From the NCBI GenBank assembly GCA_039028615.1, contig JBCCHT010000018.1:157153-221152 (forward strand): DNA of 64,000 bases. Direction: 5' to 3'. The translations under genes were made by a program, and so were the position numbers. The notes beneath the pieces are model-generated. The model was not told the origin of the DNA. It was given only the letters and a program-made list of their open reading frames with translations, and made no database searches. Source of the stretch: Myxococcota bacterium. GTDB taxonomy: Bacteria > Myxococcota_A > Polyangia > Nannocystales > Nannocystaceae. This document shows, in pieces, positions 39,119-48,899 of the stretch; position 1 is the stretch's first letter; each line of letters begins with the position of its first letter.

Positions 39119-40246
39119 TCAGTGCACCACGTTGGGACCGCTGCTGGTCTCGACGGTGGGCGGATCCGGTAGGTAGTCGGGCGGCCAGAACTTCTCGCAC
39201 CACTTCCGGTAGGCGATGATCGGTCCGTCGTCGGGGACGGGCTTGGGGTTCGGCAGGAACTCTCGGTTCGTCCAGATCATCTCGTCGCCGTCGAAGTCCT
39301 TGGTGGCCACGGCCAAGAAGATGCGCGCGAGCGCGTCCTCGAGGCCCTTGCCCAACAAGCGCTTGGCGAGGCGATTGACGGGATGGTCGATGGTGTTCTT
39401 GACCGAGCTGATCACGCGGATGTGGCAATCGGTGGGATTGACCGGGGTGATCAGGATGATGTTCATGATCTGAAGGCCACCCTGCTCGGGGGTGAGGGTG
39501 GCCTTGGACACGGCGAGGCCGGGCCCGAACACGCGCACGTCGAAGTGGAAGGGGCTGGTGTAGGCCTTGCCGAGCTTGCGCACGATGGCGTGCGGGCTCT
39601 GGGCGCCGAGCTTGAACGTCATGTTCATGATCGCGGCGAAGCTGCCGTCGATGTCCTCGGCCGGGTGCCGCTCGACGTCGTCGAGCTCCCAGAAGTGCAC
39701 CGCGTAGAAGTGCTGGATGTCGATGATGTTCTCGGTGGGGAAGAACACGTTGGTCGGCTTGAGCGGGCGACCATCGTTGGTGACCGGAGTGCTCCAGCCG
39801 TCGAAGAAGCCGGGCTCGAGCAAGGGCAGGGGCCGGTCGGGGTTCTGACGGTCGGTGCCGTTCCAGATGAAGATCGAAGAGGCGATCTCGTGGGCGGTCC
39901 AGGGGGTGGACTTGACGTGGCCGAGCCTCGTCTCGGCGCCGACGAAGTCACCCTTGACGCACTGGCCCGTGCCGTCGAAGTGCAGGCCGTGGAAGGGGCA
40001 GCGAACGCAGCCGTTCTCCACGCGACCCCCGACACCGCGGTGGGCCCCGAAGTGGGGGCAGATCGCGTCCAGCACGACGACCTTGCCGGCCTCGTCGCGG
40101 AAGGCGATGAGCTTGTTGCCCATGAACTCGAAGTTGGTGATCTGGCCCTCCACGACGTCGCAGGAGCGGAGGGGCGAAAACCAGTCGTGCACGTACTGCG
40201 GGGGCGGCCGCATGTAGCGTTGCTTGGCGAGCTGCGCCGTAGTCAT
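39119..40246 (-). CDS. Rieske non-heme iron oxygenase, KshA/Neverland-like
   Basis: CPHFGAH…CPFHG Rieske motif; ENIIDIQHFYAVH iron motif; C-terminal DEMIW…P…DGPIIAYRKW. Confidence 0.88.
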   Translation of the reverse strand: MTTAQLAKQRYMRPPPQYVHDWFSPLRSCDVVEGQITNFEFMGNKLIAFRDEAGKVVVLDAICPHFGAHRGVGGRVENGCVRCPFHGLHFDGTGQCVKGDFVGAETRLGHVKSTPWTAHEIASSIFIWNGTDRQNPDRPLPLLEPGFFDGWSTPVTNDGRPLKPTNVFFPTENIIDIQHFYAVHFWELDDVERHPAEDIDGSFAAIMNMTFKLGAQSPHAIVRKLGKAYTSPFHFDVRVFGPGLAVSKATLTPEQGGLQIMNIILITPVNPTDCHIRVISSVKNTIDHPVNRLAKRLLGKGLEDALARIFLAVATKDFDGDEMIWTNREFLPNPKPVPDDGPIIAYRKWCEKFWPPDYLPDPPTVETSSGPNVVH

Positions 40247-40467
40247 AGGCGTGGGAGATTACCATGCGCACGCCGCCGAGATGTCGTGGCCTCTGGGCGC
40301 GTCGCGTCGCGAACGTGCGGACGGCCACGACACCGACGAGGTGCCGCAGCGCGTGGAGGGGCGGCCGGCCCCAAAAAGGGTCGGCGCTCGGCCCGGACCA
40401 ACGATCCTCCCACCGTGATCCGAGCCGAGCGCCAACCAGTCGTGCCATTCCTCGCTTTCGGTCGGAC

Positions 40468-42273
40468 TCAGAAACACGCGGGGTCGTTGGCCAACCCCAG
40501 GTTCAAGATGCAGACAGACTCTGCGAATTTCGCCTCGAAGGCTTCGCGACTGATGACGCCCGTGACGAGCGGGGCGTAGGTCGGGTCGAGCTGGCCGAGC
40601 TGCGACAGCAGCGCGTTGGGACTCACCCCGAACTCGGCGGCGGCACGCTCGAGGTCGACGTTGCCATCGAAGCGCGCGTAGACCTCGATGATCGGCTCGA
40701 CGTTCTCGACCGGTCCATCCCACGCGGCGGTCACCGCCTGGAGGAAGGTCTGGCTGCCGAGATCGATGATGGTCGACATCTCGGAGGCCCGGGGATGGAG
40801 CTGCTCGACGATCTCCTTGGTGGTCGCGTCGAAGTCGAGGCTGGCGGCCACGTAGTCGCGGATCTCGTCGGACTTCACCTTGAGCCCGGAGTCGTGACAG
40901 CTCATGCAGGAGATGCCTGCCCGCACGACCTTGTCCTCCTGCAGAGGGTCGGTGACGATGTTGATCGGCGCCTCGTCGAGCCGGTTCCCCTGGGCATCGG
41001 TGATGATGTAGGCCTGCATGCCGTTGGGGAGGTTGAAGATCGCCTCGCCGCCGTTTTCCTGGAAGTCCAGCGGGTTGGCGAAGATGTTCTGGGCGCCCTC
41101 GCTGGTCTCGAAGTCGTAGCTGACCCACAGCGACGCGTTGCCGGCGAAGGGCAGCTGGTGGCGCTCGAAGACCCGGTTGCTCTGCGAGACGCCCGAGTTC
41201 AAGAAGCCGGCGCGTTCGACCTCGAAGGTGGCGATGTTGGCACTGATGTTGATGCCCAGCTGGGCCTCGAGCTGCGACATGGTGCCGGGGATGTCGACCA
41301 TGTCGTAGTACAGCGGCGGCTCGGCGCTGTCGTGCACGAACCAGTCGGCGGCCATGAAGGGCACGAAGGTCCCGGTGAACTGCTGCAGCACCTGGGCGTC
41401 GTCGTCGAGCAGGCGGACCGCGTAGGGGTTGTTGTCGACGAGCAGCTCCCACTTGTCGATGCCCTGCGCGGCCTCCCAGTCGTAGTCGCGAAGATCGATG
41501 CGATAGATCGTCTCTTCGGCGTCGATGGGCTGGGGACGGGTGATGATGGGGTCGAGGCTGAGGCTGTTGATCGACTTGCTGAGGCCGAAGCGGAACTGGT
41601 CGAGGTCCTCGAGGCAGTAGCCGACGTTGTACAGGTGGGTGAGGGTCAGGTAGCGGGTGAAGAGCCGGTCGGTGGGCGGCACCGTGGCGATGTCCGCGAG
41701 CATCACGTCGATCATCTGGTCGGTGCTGATCGGGTCCTGATCGTCACAGGTCTCGGGGGCGTCGAGCAGGCAGGAATCGATCCACGCGCCCACGATCGAG
41801 ACGTCGTCGTCGGAGGGCCGGTCGGGGATGGACGGCGGGGGCATCGAGCCGCCGATCATGCGGGCGAAGACCGGGCTGCTGGAGGCGTCGCCCGGCACGA
41901 CCTTGCCGCTGATGATCAGCTTCTCCACGTCGGTGGCGAAGCCGAAGCCGGCGGCGTTGGACTCGGGGTTGTGGCAGCCGGCGCAGTGACGATCGAGGAC
42001 GTCGACGGCGGCCGATTGCACGGCGTCGCAGTCGTTGGTTGGATCGACGTCGCCGCCCGGGCCACCGCCGTCGCCCCCGTCGTATGTGCCTCCGCCGGAC
42101 TCGCCGCTGCCACCGTCGAGGGTGCCGTCGGGGTCTTCACCCGCCCCGTCACCGAGCCCTCCGGTGTCCTTACGGTCTTCGACCGCGAGGATGCAGCCGC
42201 TGAGGGTGACGCACAGAGCCACCGACAGCGAGCCGGGTCGATGCAGATTCGTGGAAAGGTTGAGACGCACCAT
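40468..42273 (-). CDS. Di-heme c-type cytochrome domain lipoprotein
   Basis: Lipobox LSGC; CAGCH…VVPGD…SMPP (planctomycete-type cytochrome c domain); second motif CMSCH. Confidence 0.8.
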   Translation of the reverse strand: MVRLNLSTNLHRPGSLSVALCVTLSGCILAVEDRKDTGGLGDGAGEDPDGTLDGGSGESGGGTYDGGDGGGPGGDVDPTNDCDAVQSAAVDVLDRHCAGCHNPESNAAGFGFATDVEKLIISGKVVPGDASSSPVFARMIGGSMPPPSIPDRPSDDDVSIVGAWIDSCLLDAPETCDDQDPISTDQMIDVMLADIATVPPTDRLFTRYLTLTHLYNVGYCLEDLDQFRFGLSKSINSLSLDPIITRPQPIDAEETIYRIDLRDYDWEAAQGIDKWELLVDNNPYAVRLLDDDAQVLQQFTGTFVPFMAADWFVHDSAEPPLYYDMVDIPGTMSQLEAQLGINISANIATFEVERAGFLNSGVSQSNRVFERHQLPFAGNASLWVSYDFETSEGAQNIFANPLDFQENGGEAIFNLPNGMQAYIITDAQGNRLDEAPINIVTDPLQEDKVVRAGISCMSCHDSGLKVKSDEIRDYVAASLDFDATTKEIVEQLHPRASEMSTIIDLGSQTFLQAVTAAWDGPVENVEPIIEVYARFDGNVDLERAAAEFGVSPNALLSQLGQLDPTYAPLVTGVISREAFEAKFAESVCILNLGLANDPACF

Positions 42274-42384
42274 GATTGATCTCCCTCGTGGTCCCGCCGC
42301 ACGAACGCGTGCGCGCGAGCCAAGTGACAGTGACGTGTTGGGTCCCTAGCCGGGGACCGCTGCTTTCAAAGACTAAGTGACGAG

Positions 42385-43146
42385 CTAGAAACGAACTTCG
42401 ACCTCGAACCCGGCTCCGGCCGGGGCGGCGACCACCTCTACGTTTCGGCGGCGACGCTTCTTGCGACGAGGCTTGCGCTCGAGGCCGGCCGCGACCATCA
42501 CGATTCCGGCCGCGGCCACGACCCCACCACCGATGAGCAGGGCGTCGGCGACGATCGCCGAGCGACGCGCCAGCCGATAGTGCGGGGTCTGTTCGATGGG
42601 GACTTCGGGCGTTGCGCTGGCCCGAGCGTTGTCGATGTTGCGAATGGCCGTGATGCCCACGGCGGTTCCCGAGGCGAGGGACAAGACGCCCAGGGGAATG
42701 AAGGTACTGCCCGCGATGACCACCCCGTTGGTTCGCCGGGGGTCGCGGTCTTTGTTCGATTGTCGCCGCTGGCGTCGTCGCTCGCGGCGTGAGGTCGGCT
42801 CCTGCGGGGCGGGCGGCGCAGGAGCGACCTCGGGATCGGGCAGAGCGGCCAGGCGAGCCTGGCCTTCACTCCGCTCGGTCTCCGTGAGGTTGGGCCGGGC
42901 CAGGAAACGCTCGTAGTGTTCGCGGGCTTTTTCGACCTTGCCGAACTCTTCGTAGACTCGACCGATGTTGTACAGGTCGACGGCCTGGTGCTCGAGCTCG
43001 TAGGCGCGCTCGAATCCTTCGATGGCGGCTTGGTAGCGCTGGGCGCCGAAGTGCTCCACCGCCTCGGCCACCAGCTCGTCGCGGAGCGAGGACTCGGCCG
43101 GCGGTGCGACGACCAGCGCGGCGCAGAGGATCAGCGAGGGGATCAT
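42385..43146 (-). CDS. Secreted tetratricopeptide-repeat protein
   Basis: Signal peptide; AIEGFERAYEL…LYNIGRVYEEFGKVEKAREHYERFL; two hydrophobic segments; C-terminal EVRF. Confidence 0.8.
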   Translation of the reverse strand: MIPSLILCAALVVAPPAESSLRDELVAEAVEHFGAQRYQAAIEGFERAYELEHQAVDLYNIGRVYEEFGKVEKAREHYERFLARPNLTETERSEGQARLAALPDPEVAPAPPAPQEPTSRRERRRQRRQSNKDRDPRRTNGVVIAGSTFIPLGVLSLASGTAVGITAIRNIDNARASATPEVPIEQTPHYRLARRSAIVADALLIGGGVVAAAGIVMVAAGLERKPRRKKRRRRNVEVVAAPAGAGFEVEVRF

Positions 43147-44666
43147 GGCGACACCCCCATGAACAGCGAGGACGAGGCCTTGGCGGGCCGTGGTGGATCT
43201 TGGAGCCTTCGCGCTCGCTTGCGTCTATTTCTTCGCTTCTTGTGGGCACGCCGACGTCTCGGGGCGGGGGTGGGCTCGGCCGCCGCTTCGACGTCGAGCT
43301 CCGGCTCCGGTTGTGGTTGTGGTTTCGGTTGCAGGTCGGGGACGGGGGTCTCGGTGGCGTCCTTGGGATCGAGCATCACCAGGTTCGAGACGGTCCCGGG
43401 TGCGGGCGTGGTCTCGAGGCACGTGGGGATGGGATCGACGAACATCGCCATAAGCTCCGGGTCGGGCTCGGCGCTCGCCTCGGGCGGCACGACCTCCACG
43501 ATCGACGGCGGCACCGCGGTGGCGCTGGGCCGAGCGGGCGTCGACGCACCCGAGGGCGCAGGGATGGTGCGAGCGCGGGTGGGATCGGTGACCGCGACCG
43601 GAGTCACGGCGGACTGCAAGACCGCGGCCCCGGCCACGACCTCTTCACACCCCCGGGGCGGGAGCAAGACCAAGAACGCACCGCTGATCACGGTGGCCGC
43701 CACGGCCCCCATGCCTCGACCGCCCAGCCATCGGAAGCGGAATCCCGGCTTGACCACGGGCAGCGTGGATTGGTCGGGGCGCACTGCGGTCACCCGCGAG
43801 GGGCGAGGGAAGCAGGCGAGGAAGGCCTCCAGCATCTGGCCGGCGTTGGCCGGTCGATCGTCCTTGTTCGGCGACATGCAGCGGTTGCACAGCGCCTGGA
43901 GGCGACGCGCGGTGATGTCTGGATAGCCTTGAGGGCCGAGCTCCACCGCGTCCATGAGCAGCAGGCCGAGGCTGAACACGTCGTTGCGAGCGTCTGGATC
44001 TTCGCGGGTGAGGTGCTGGTGCTGCTCGAGCCGCGGGATGTCGGGACGAGACACCACGCGGGTGACGTCGGGCGAGCCTTGGTCGCGCACGCAGGTGGCG
44101 ACCCCGGTGAGCTTCACTCGCGCCGTGCGGGCGTCGTTGCCCCACAGGAACACGCTGTCGCCATGGATGTTGCGATGGACCAGCCCGAGCTCGTGCAGGT
44201 GGTGCACCGCGAGCAGCAGCTGAGAACCGATGGTCATGAAGTCGGCCGCGGCGTAGCGACCTTGCTCGGAGACGATGCGGTTGAGGCTCTTGCCGGGAGG
44301 AATTTCGACGACCAGGTACGGAGGTTCACCCGGCTTCTCGGTATCGATGACGTTGGCCAGCCCGGGGTGGCGGGGCAACGACGAGCGATTGCACGGCGAC
44401 TTGGAGGAGTCGCTGTCACAGATCACGACTTGAACGTCGCGGCGTTCTTTGGTGTCCCGTGCCCAATGCACGGTCGACCCGACCTCGTAGCTCGCAACTG
44501 TCCCCAGCTTGTAGCGAGCGCCGAGGACCTTTGGGATCTCCGAATGGGAATTGTTGGATGGACTCGACACGACAGGCCCCCCTTTCCATGCGTACGTGAC
44601 TCCGCTGCGGACGACATGACGCGGAGTGTCACTCACTCCGTCGCCTCGTCCTGCGAAGGGGATCAC
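43143..44666 (-). CDS. Membrane-anchored Ser/Thr kinase-fold protein, catalytically degenerate (pseudokinase)
   Basis: Kinase scaffold recognisable (HPGLANV, PYLVVE, LH.LGLVHR, DVFSLG, C…DRP), but HRD is HRN and the VAIK, DFG, APE and Gly-loop motifs are lost; then a TM and a Pro-rich tail. Start uncertain. Confidence 0.8.
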   Translation of the reverse strand: MIPFAGRGDGVSDTPRHVVRSGVTYAWKGGPVVSSPSNNSHSEIPKVLGARYKLGTVASYEVGSTVHWARDTKERRDVQVVICDSDSSKSPCNRSSLPRHPGLANVIDTEKPGEPPYLVVEIPPGKSLNRIVSEQGRYAAADFMTIGSQLLLAVHHLHELGLVHRNIHGDSVFLWGNDARTARVKLTGVATCVRDQGSPDVTRVVSRPDIPRLEQHQHLTREDPDARNDVFSLGLLLMDAVELGPQGYPDITARRLQALCNRCMSPNKDDRPANAGQMLEAFLACFPRPSRVTAVRPDQSTLPVVKPGFRFRWLGGRGMGAVAATVISGAFLVLLPPRGCEEVVAGAAVLQSAVTPVAVTDPTRARTIPAPSGASTPARPSATAVPPSIVEVVPPEASAEPDPELMAMFVDPIPTCLETTPAPGTVSNLVMLDPKDATETPVPDLQPKPQPQPEPELDVEAAAEPTPAPRRRRAHKKRRNRRKRARRLQDPPRPAKASSSLFMGVSP

Positions 44667-44761
44667 CTAGGCTCGTCGGGGCTTCAACGGGCCATCGGCG
44701 ATCCGACGCTTGGTAGTGTGGCGAGCCTGCTTTGGGGTTGCAGCTTTCTTCGCGGCCGCGC

Positions 44762-45412
44762 CTACGCTCGAGGCTCCGGCAGCAAAACTGCCAAACGACG
44801 CTTCAGCTTGCTGCGAGAGCGTGCGAGCCAGCTCTTGACCGTGCCTTCGGCGACGTCCTGCACTTGGGCGACCTCGGCGACGGAGAGCCCTTGCCAATAA
44901 TGAAGGACGACGGCGAGCTGCCAGTCGGGAGGTAGATCTCGGATGGCTCGCATCAGTCGGCTGCCGCGCTGGCGCATCGAGACGGCGCCGCTGGGGGTCT
45001 CGTCGGCTTGGATCGGCTGGTCGGAGAGCGTCTTGTGCCCGGCGGTCCGAACCCTCTTCTTGCGGAGGTGTTCGAATGAGACGCGCTTGGCGACGCCGAG
45101 CAAGTAGGACGGAAACTTCTGGGCCTCTTGGATATGGGCCACGTTGCGCGTGCAAACGAGCAGCGTCTGCTGCACCAGATCCTCGGAGGATTCGTCGAAG
45201 CGCACGTTGAAGAAACGGCGCAATGTGGGCTCGTGGCGGCGTAAAAGGGTCGCTCCGGCCTTTTCTACGCCCGATTGCCAGCGGCGCACGAGCTCGGCAT
45301 CCGAGGCATCGTGGATCGGGACGAGTATTTCATTTTCGCTCTGAGAACCAACCGTCGTATGCATGAGCGAGCTCCGGGTCGATGGACGCACGGAGGTACG
45401 GTGAAGGAACAC
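44762..45412 (-). CDS. ECF RNA polymerase sigma factor
   Basis: SDAELV, SEDLVQQTLL (region 2), GLSVAEVAQVQDVAEGTVKSWLARSR (region 4). Start may be 45364. Confidence 0.92.
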   Translation of the reverse strand: MFLHRTSVRPSTRSSLMHTTVGSQSENEILVPIHDASDAELVRRWQSGVEKAGATLLRRHEPTLRRFFNVRFDESSEDLVQQTLLVCTRNVAHIQEAQKFPSYLLGVAKRVSFEHLRKKRVRTAGHKTLSDQPIQADETPSGAVSMRQRGSRLMRAIRDLPPDWQLAVVLHYWQGLSVAEVAQVQDVAEGTVKSWLARSRSKLKRRLAVLLPEPRA

Positions 45413-45599
45413 TCCCAGTGCTCCCCATCACAGTGGCCGGGACGCCACGCACCACCCTCGGCATTGATCCTACCAGGAACGGCGTGCGCCGGTGTGCCGA
45501 TCATGCGGGTGTTCGATTCAATGTGACGACGCGGCTGTAGGATCGGCAACGTCGACAACGACGCTCGATTCGGCGCTCGTCGACGCGCGCCGCGGCCGA

Positions 45600-48500
45600 T
45601 CATCGACTTGCGCGTTGAGACATCATTGTTAGGAAGGCGGAGAGTTCGTCGCGATCGTAGGTGCGTTCCTCGACGATCTTCGCGCCTTCGAGGACGCCGA
45701 CGCCGTACTCGTCGTAGTTCGCAAACCGTGCCAGCGAGACGGTGACCTTGTTGCCGAGTCGCCCGGCGGGGTCGCGCACGATGGCCTGTACGAGCACGCC
45801 GAGCACGAAGGAATCGAGGTGCTCTCCGGTGAGGAGTGTGGCGTCCGTCACTCGACCGAGGTCGACGAGCACTTGGATGTGGCGGAGCGCGAGGCGCTGC
45901 TGGATGGCTTCGACCGGGACGTCGGCGGCGGCGCTGGCCCATGCCGTGCCGGCTTCCTCGAAGGCGCCGAACAGGGGCTTGGTGCGCGCGTAGGTGAGCG
46001 CGGGGGGGCGGGTCAGAGCGGGCCGACGACCCCGCAGGTGCTCGCGTAGGGCAGGGTAGGCAAGCCGGGCGAAGGTGTTGGCGGTGATGTCCATGGCCCA
46101 GGTGGAGGCGTGGCCGCCCTTGAACGGCGCGTTGCCCCACGGTGCGTGGTCGATGGCCTCGCGTAACAATTGTTCGTTGGGTCGAAGAACCACGAAACCG
46201 GCACGCTCACACAGATCGAGGAACTGATACTGCTGCTCGTCGGGTTTACGCAGTCCATCTCCCTTGCCGCCGTCCATGGCGTCGTTGTCGAGGATCACCA
46301 CCAGGCTGCGATAGCGCGCGGCGGCGAGGCGGATGCGATCGACGCTCTCGGCCATGTCGCCCTGGGTCTCGAACTCGCGGTACATCCGGCCGGAGTGGGT
46401 CTCGATGAACACGGCGTCGACCGGGCTCTGGTGCTCGATGAAGGACTCGAGCGCCTGCACGATGTGCGCGAGCTTGGGGCCTCGGAAGGCGCGGTGCACC
46501 AGGTCGAAGCGAATGCCGTCGCGTAGGCCCAGGGTCCGCGCCAGCTCGCGCTCCATGAGCCGACCCATGGAGTACTGACCGACGACCTCGGTCAGCGAGG
46601 TCATGGAGGACCCGAGCAGCAGGCCGAAGTAGGGGCCGTCGCGCTCGAGCGCCTCGAGGCGCCGATGAGCGCTGCGCTCGGGGTGGTGGTGGAGCATGGT
46701 GTCCGTACCCGCTTCGCGGCCGAACACGTCCTTGAGGCCACCGTAGGCGAGCGGGGTCTTGTGGTGCCCGAGCTTGGCGGTGCCCAGCAGGCCATCGGAG
46801 AGCTGGAGCACGCGCGAGCGCTTGCGCTCGACGTACCACAGCGTGGCGCTGTGCGGGTCGAGGGCCATCGAGCCCAGGTGCAGGTAGCCCGACAGCGCCT
46901 TGGTCTTTTGGTTGTGGAACATGTGCCCGCCGCCGTGCACCAGCGGGTGGACCCAGGGGTAGATCTTGCGGTCGCCGAGGCTCAACAAGCGCAGGTGGAT
47001 GCGCTCGGGGACCTTGCGGCCGTACTTCGAGGCCTGGTGCTCGTCCTGGACGAGCACGCCGTCGTAGCGCGGCACGTAGCGCAGGTCGACTAGCGTATCG
47101 AGGGCCATGCGGTCGAAGTCGAAGGGGAAGTAGTCGGCCTCTCCCTGGGGCAGCAGCTCCTCGGCATCGTTGGCGAACAGCAGCACTGGCTCCTGCTCCC
47201 CGGGAGACAGCTGAAAGATCCGCCCCGCGATGTCGCCGAGGTAGAGGCGACCGTCGGGGCCGACGTCGAAGCTCACCAGGTCGGGGCGGGCGTGCTCGTA
47301 GCGCTGGCTGGAGACGCCGGTCGTGGTGTCGAAGCGCAGGATCCAGCGGCGGCTGTCGAGGATCCACAGATCGGGATCGGTGCCGCCGCGCGCTCGCAGG
47401 GTGTCGACGCGCTCCCAGCTCGGACCTGCGGTGGTCGTGGCGGTGCCGACCTTGCCGTCGGCGATGACGCGGATGCGCTCGCCGAGCACGCCGTCGACCA
47501 CATACACGCGCTCGCCGAGCACGACCGGGTCGCGGGGGCCTCGGAACTGAGCCTGGAGCGCGAAGCCATCGCGCGTGCCCTTTTCCCCCGGTTGCCCGGC
47601 GAGCGTGCGCACGGTGGCCATGGGGCCCACCAGCTCGCGTATGCAGTGGTTGCCGGTATCGGCCACGACCACCCGCTCACCGCCCGGGCTCACCGCGATG
47701 CCGTCGGGCTCGAGCAGCTCGGCCTGCCACGGCGCGCCCTCGCGGCTGCCCTGCTCGAGCCGGGCGAGGAGGTTGCGATCGATACCTTCTTCGTAGGCCA
47801 GCTCGCCGCGGGGCGGCACGATGCTCATGTCGACGCCGAGCAGGTGCAGCAGGTTGCGCGCGAGCCAGCGGTTGCCCTCGGGCCGCAGGTGGGCGTGATC
47901 GAGGAACTGATCGTCGGGCAAGGAGGGGTGGTCGAGGCTGACGAAGCGAACGGAGGTGTCGCCGATGCGGTTGAGGTAGCGATCGAGGCGAGCCACGTAC
48001 GCGCCGTAGGCCTCGCCGTCGAGGGTGTCGCGCAGCATCCCGTCGTTGAGCGGGGTGGCGAAGAGCAACGCCGGGCGCCCGCGCTCACGGAGCCGACGGA
48101 CCAGGTGCCCCAGGGCGCGATACTGGATGGAGCGCTCGTCGATCACCAGGTTGCGGTAGTGCTCGAGCACCCGCGCCTCGCCGATCAGCCCTTCTTGGCT
48201 GGGAGTGGCGTCGGACTGCAGCGGGGCGACCAGCTCGGCCTGCGGCGTGGCCCCCCACTTTGGGAACAGCTCGCGGTGACGCACGACGGGCAGGTGATCG
48301 AGCAGCCAGCGCTCCGACTCTTCCCACGCCACCCGGACCCAGCCCCAGCGCTTGGGCTTGCCGAGGGCGGGGCCGAGCTCGCACAGGAAGCCGCGGGTGC
48401 AGGCGCGCTGCTTGACGTAGTGCCGCGAGAAGAAGCGCGGGTTGATCTCCAGCACCACGCCCACGTGGCCGGAGGGGTCGATGCCGTCCAGCTCGCGCAC

Positions 48501-48896
48501 GACGTGCAGCAGGTCGACGGGCAGCATGCCGTCGAGGGCGATCTGCTCGAAGCCCACCTCGCTGCGCACGTCCTGCTCACGGCGCAGGTAGTCGAGCACG
48601 CGATGCTCCGCCCAGCGCGGGATCTCGTCCTGCATGACGTCGCCCGCGAGCACCGAGTCTCCCAGCAGCAGCCACGACTCGTCCTGGTCGTTGGCGCGGG
48701 CCAGGGCCTGGCGAGCCTGCGGCAGCGTGTCGGCCAGCGGGGTCTCGGTGGCGCTCGGCCTCACCATCGCGATCACCAGATCGATGAGCACCACCAGCCC
48801 GAGCAGCGCCACCAGCTGCGACCACGGGCGATGTGCGGCCCCGGGGTGGGCGCGACCGTCGAGGTCGGTGACGAGCAAGGGGCGAGCGCGTGCCAT
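45600..48896 (-). CDS. Membrane-anchored SGNH - NHL propeller - SGNH protein (putative O-acyltransferase partner)
   Basis: N-terminal TM; LLGDSV…DHAH; NHL repeats (PDGIAVS…VVADTGNHCIR); second LLGSSM…GGHAS unit. Confidence 0.75.
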   Translation of the reverse strand: MARARPLLVTDLDGRAHPGAAHRPWSQLVALLGLVVLIDLVIAMVRPSATETPLADTLPQARQALARANDQDESWLLLGDSVLAGDVMQDEIPRWAEHRVLDYLRREQDVRSEVGFEQIALDGMLPVDLLHVVRELDGIDPSGHVGVVLEINPRFFSRHYVKQRACTRGFLCELGPALGKPKRWGWVRVAWEESERWLLDHLPVVRHRELFPKWGATPQAELVAPLQSDATPSQEGLIGEARVLEHYRNLVIDERSIQYRALGHLVRRLRERGRPALLFATPLNDGMLRDTLDGEAYGAYVARLDRYLNRIGDTSVRFVSLDHPSLPDDQFLDHAHLRPEGNRWLARNLLHLLGVDMSIVPPRGELAYEEGIDRNLLARLEQGSREGAPWQAELLEPDGIAVSPGGERVVVADTGNHCIRELVGPMATVRTLAGQPGEKGTRDGFALQAQFRGPRDPVVLGERVYVVDGVLGERIRVIADGKVGTATTTAGPSWERVDTLRARGGTDPDLWILDSRRWILRFDTTTGVSSQRYEHARPDLVSFDVGPDGRLYLGDIAGRIFQLSPGEQEPVLLFANDAEELLPQGEADYFPFDFDRMALDTLVDLRYVPRYDGVLVQDEHQASKYGRKVPERIHLRLLSLGDRKIYPWVHPLVHGGGHMFHNQKTKALSGYLHLGSMALDPHSATLWYVERKRSRVLQLSDGLLGTAKLGHHKTPLAYGGLKDVFGREAGTDTMLHHHPERSAHRRLEALERDGPYFGLLLGSSMTSLTEVVGQYSMGRLMERELARTLGLRDGIRFDLVHRAFRGPKLAHIVQALESFIEHQSPVDAVFIETHSGRMYREFETQGDMAESVDRIRLAAARYRSLVVILDNDAMDGGKGDGLRKPDEQQYQFLDLCERAGFVVLRPNEQLLREAIDHAPWGNAPFKGGHASTWAMDITANTFARLAYPALREHLRGRRPALTRPPALTYARTKPLFGAFEEAGTAWASAAADVPVEAIQQRLALRHIQVLVDLGRVTDATLLTGEHLDSFVLGVLVQAIVRDPAGRLGNKVTVSLARFANYDEYGVGVLEGAKIVEERTYDRDELSAFLTMMSQRASR

Positions 48897-48899
48897 GGC

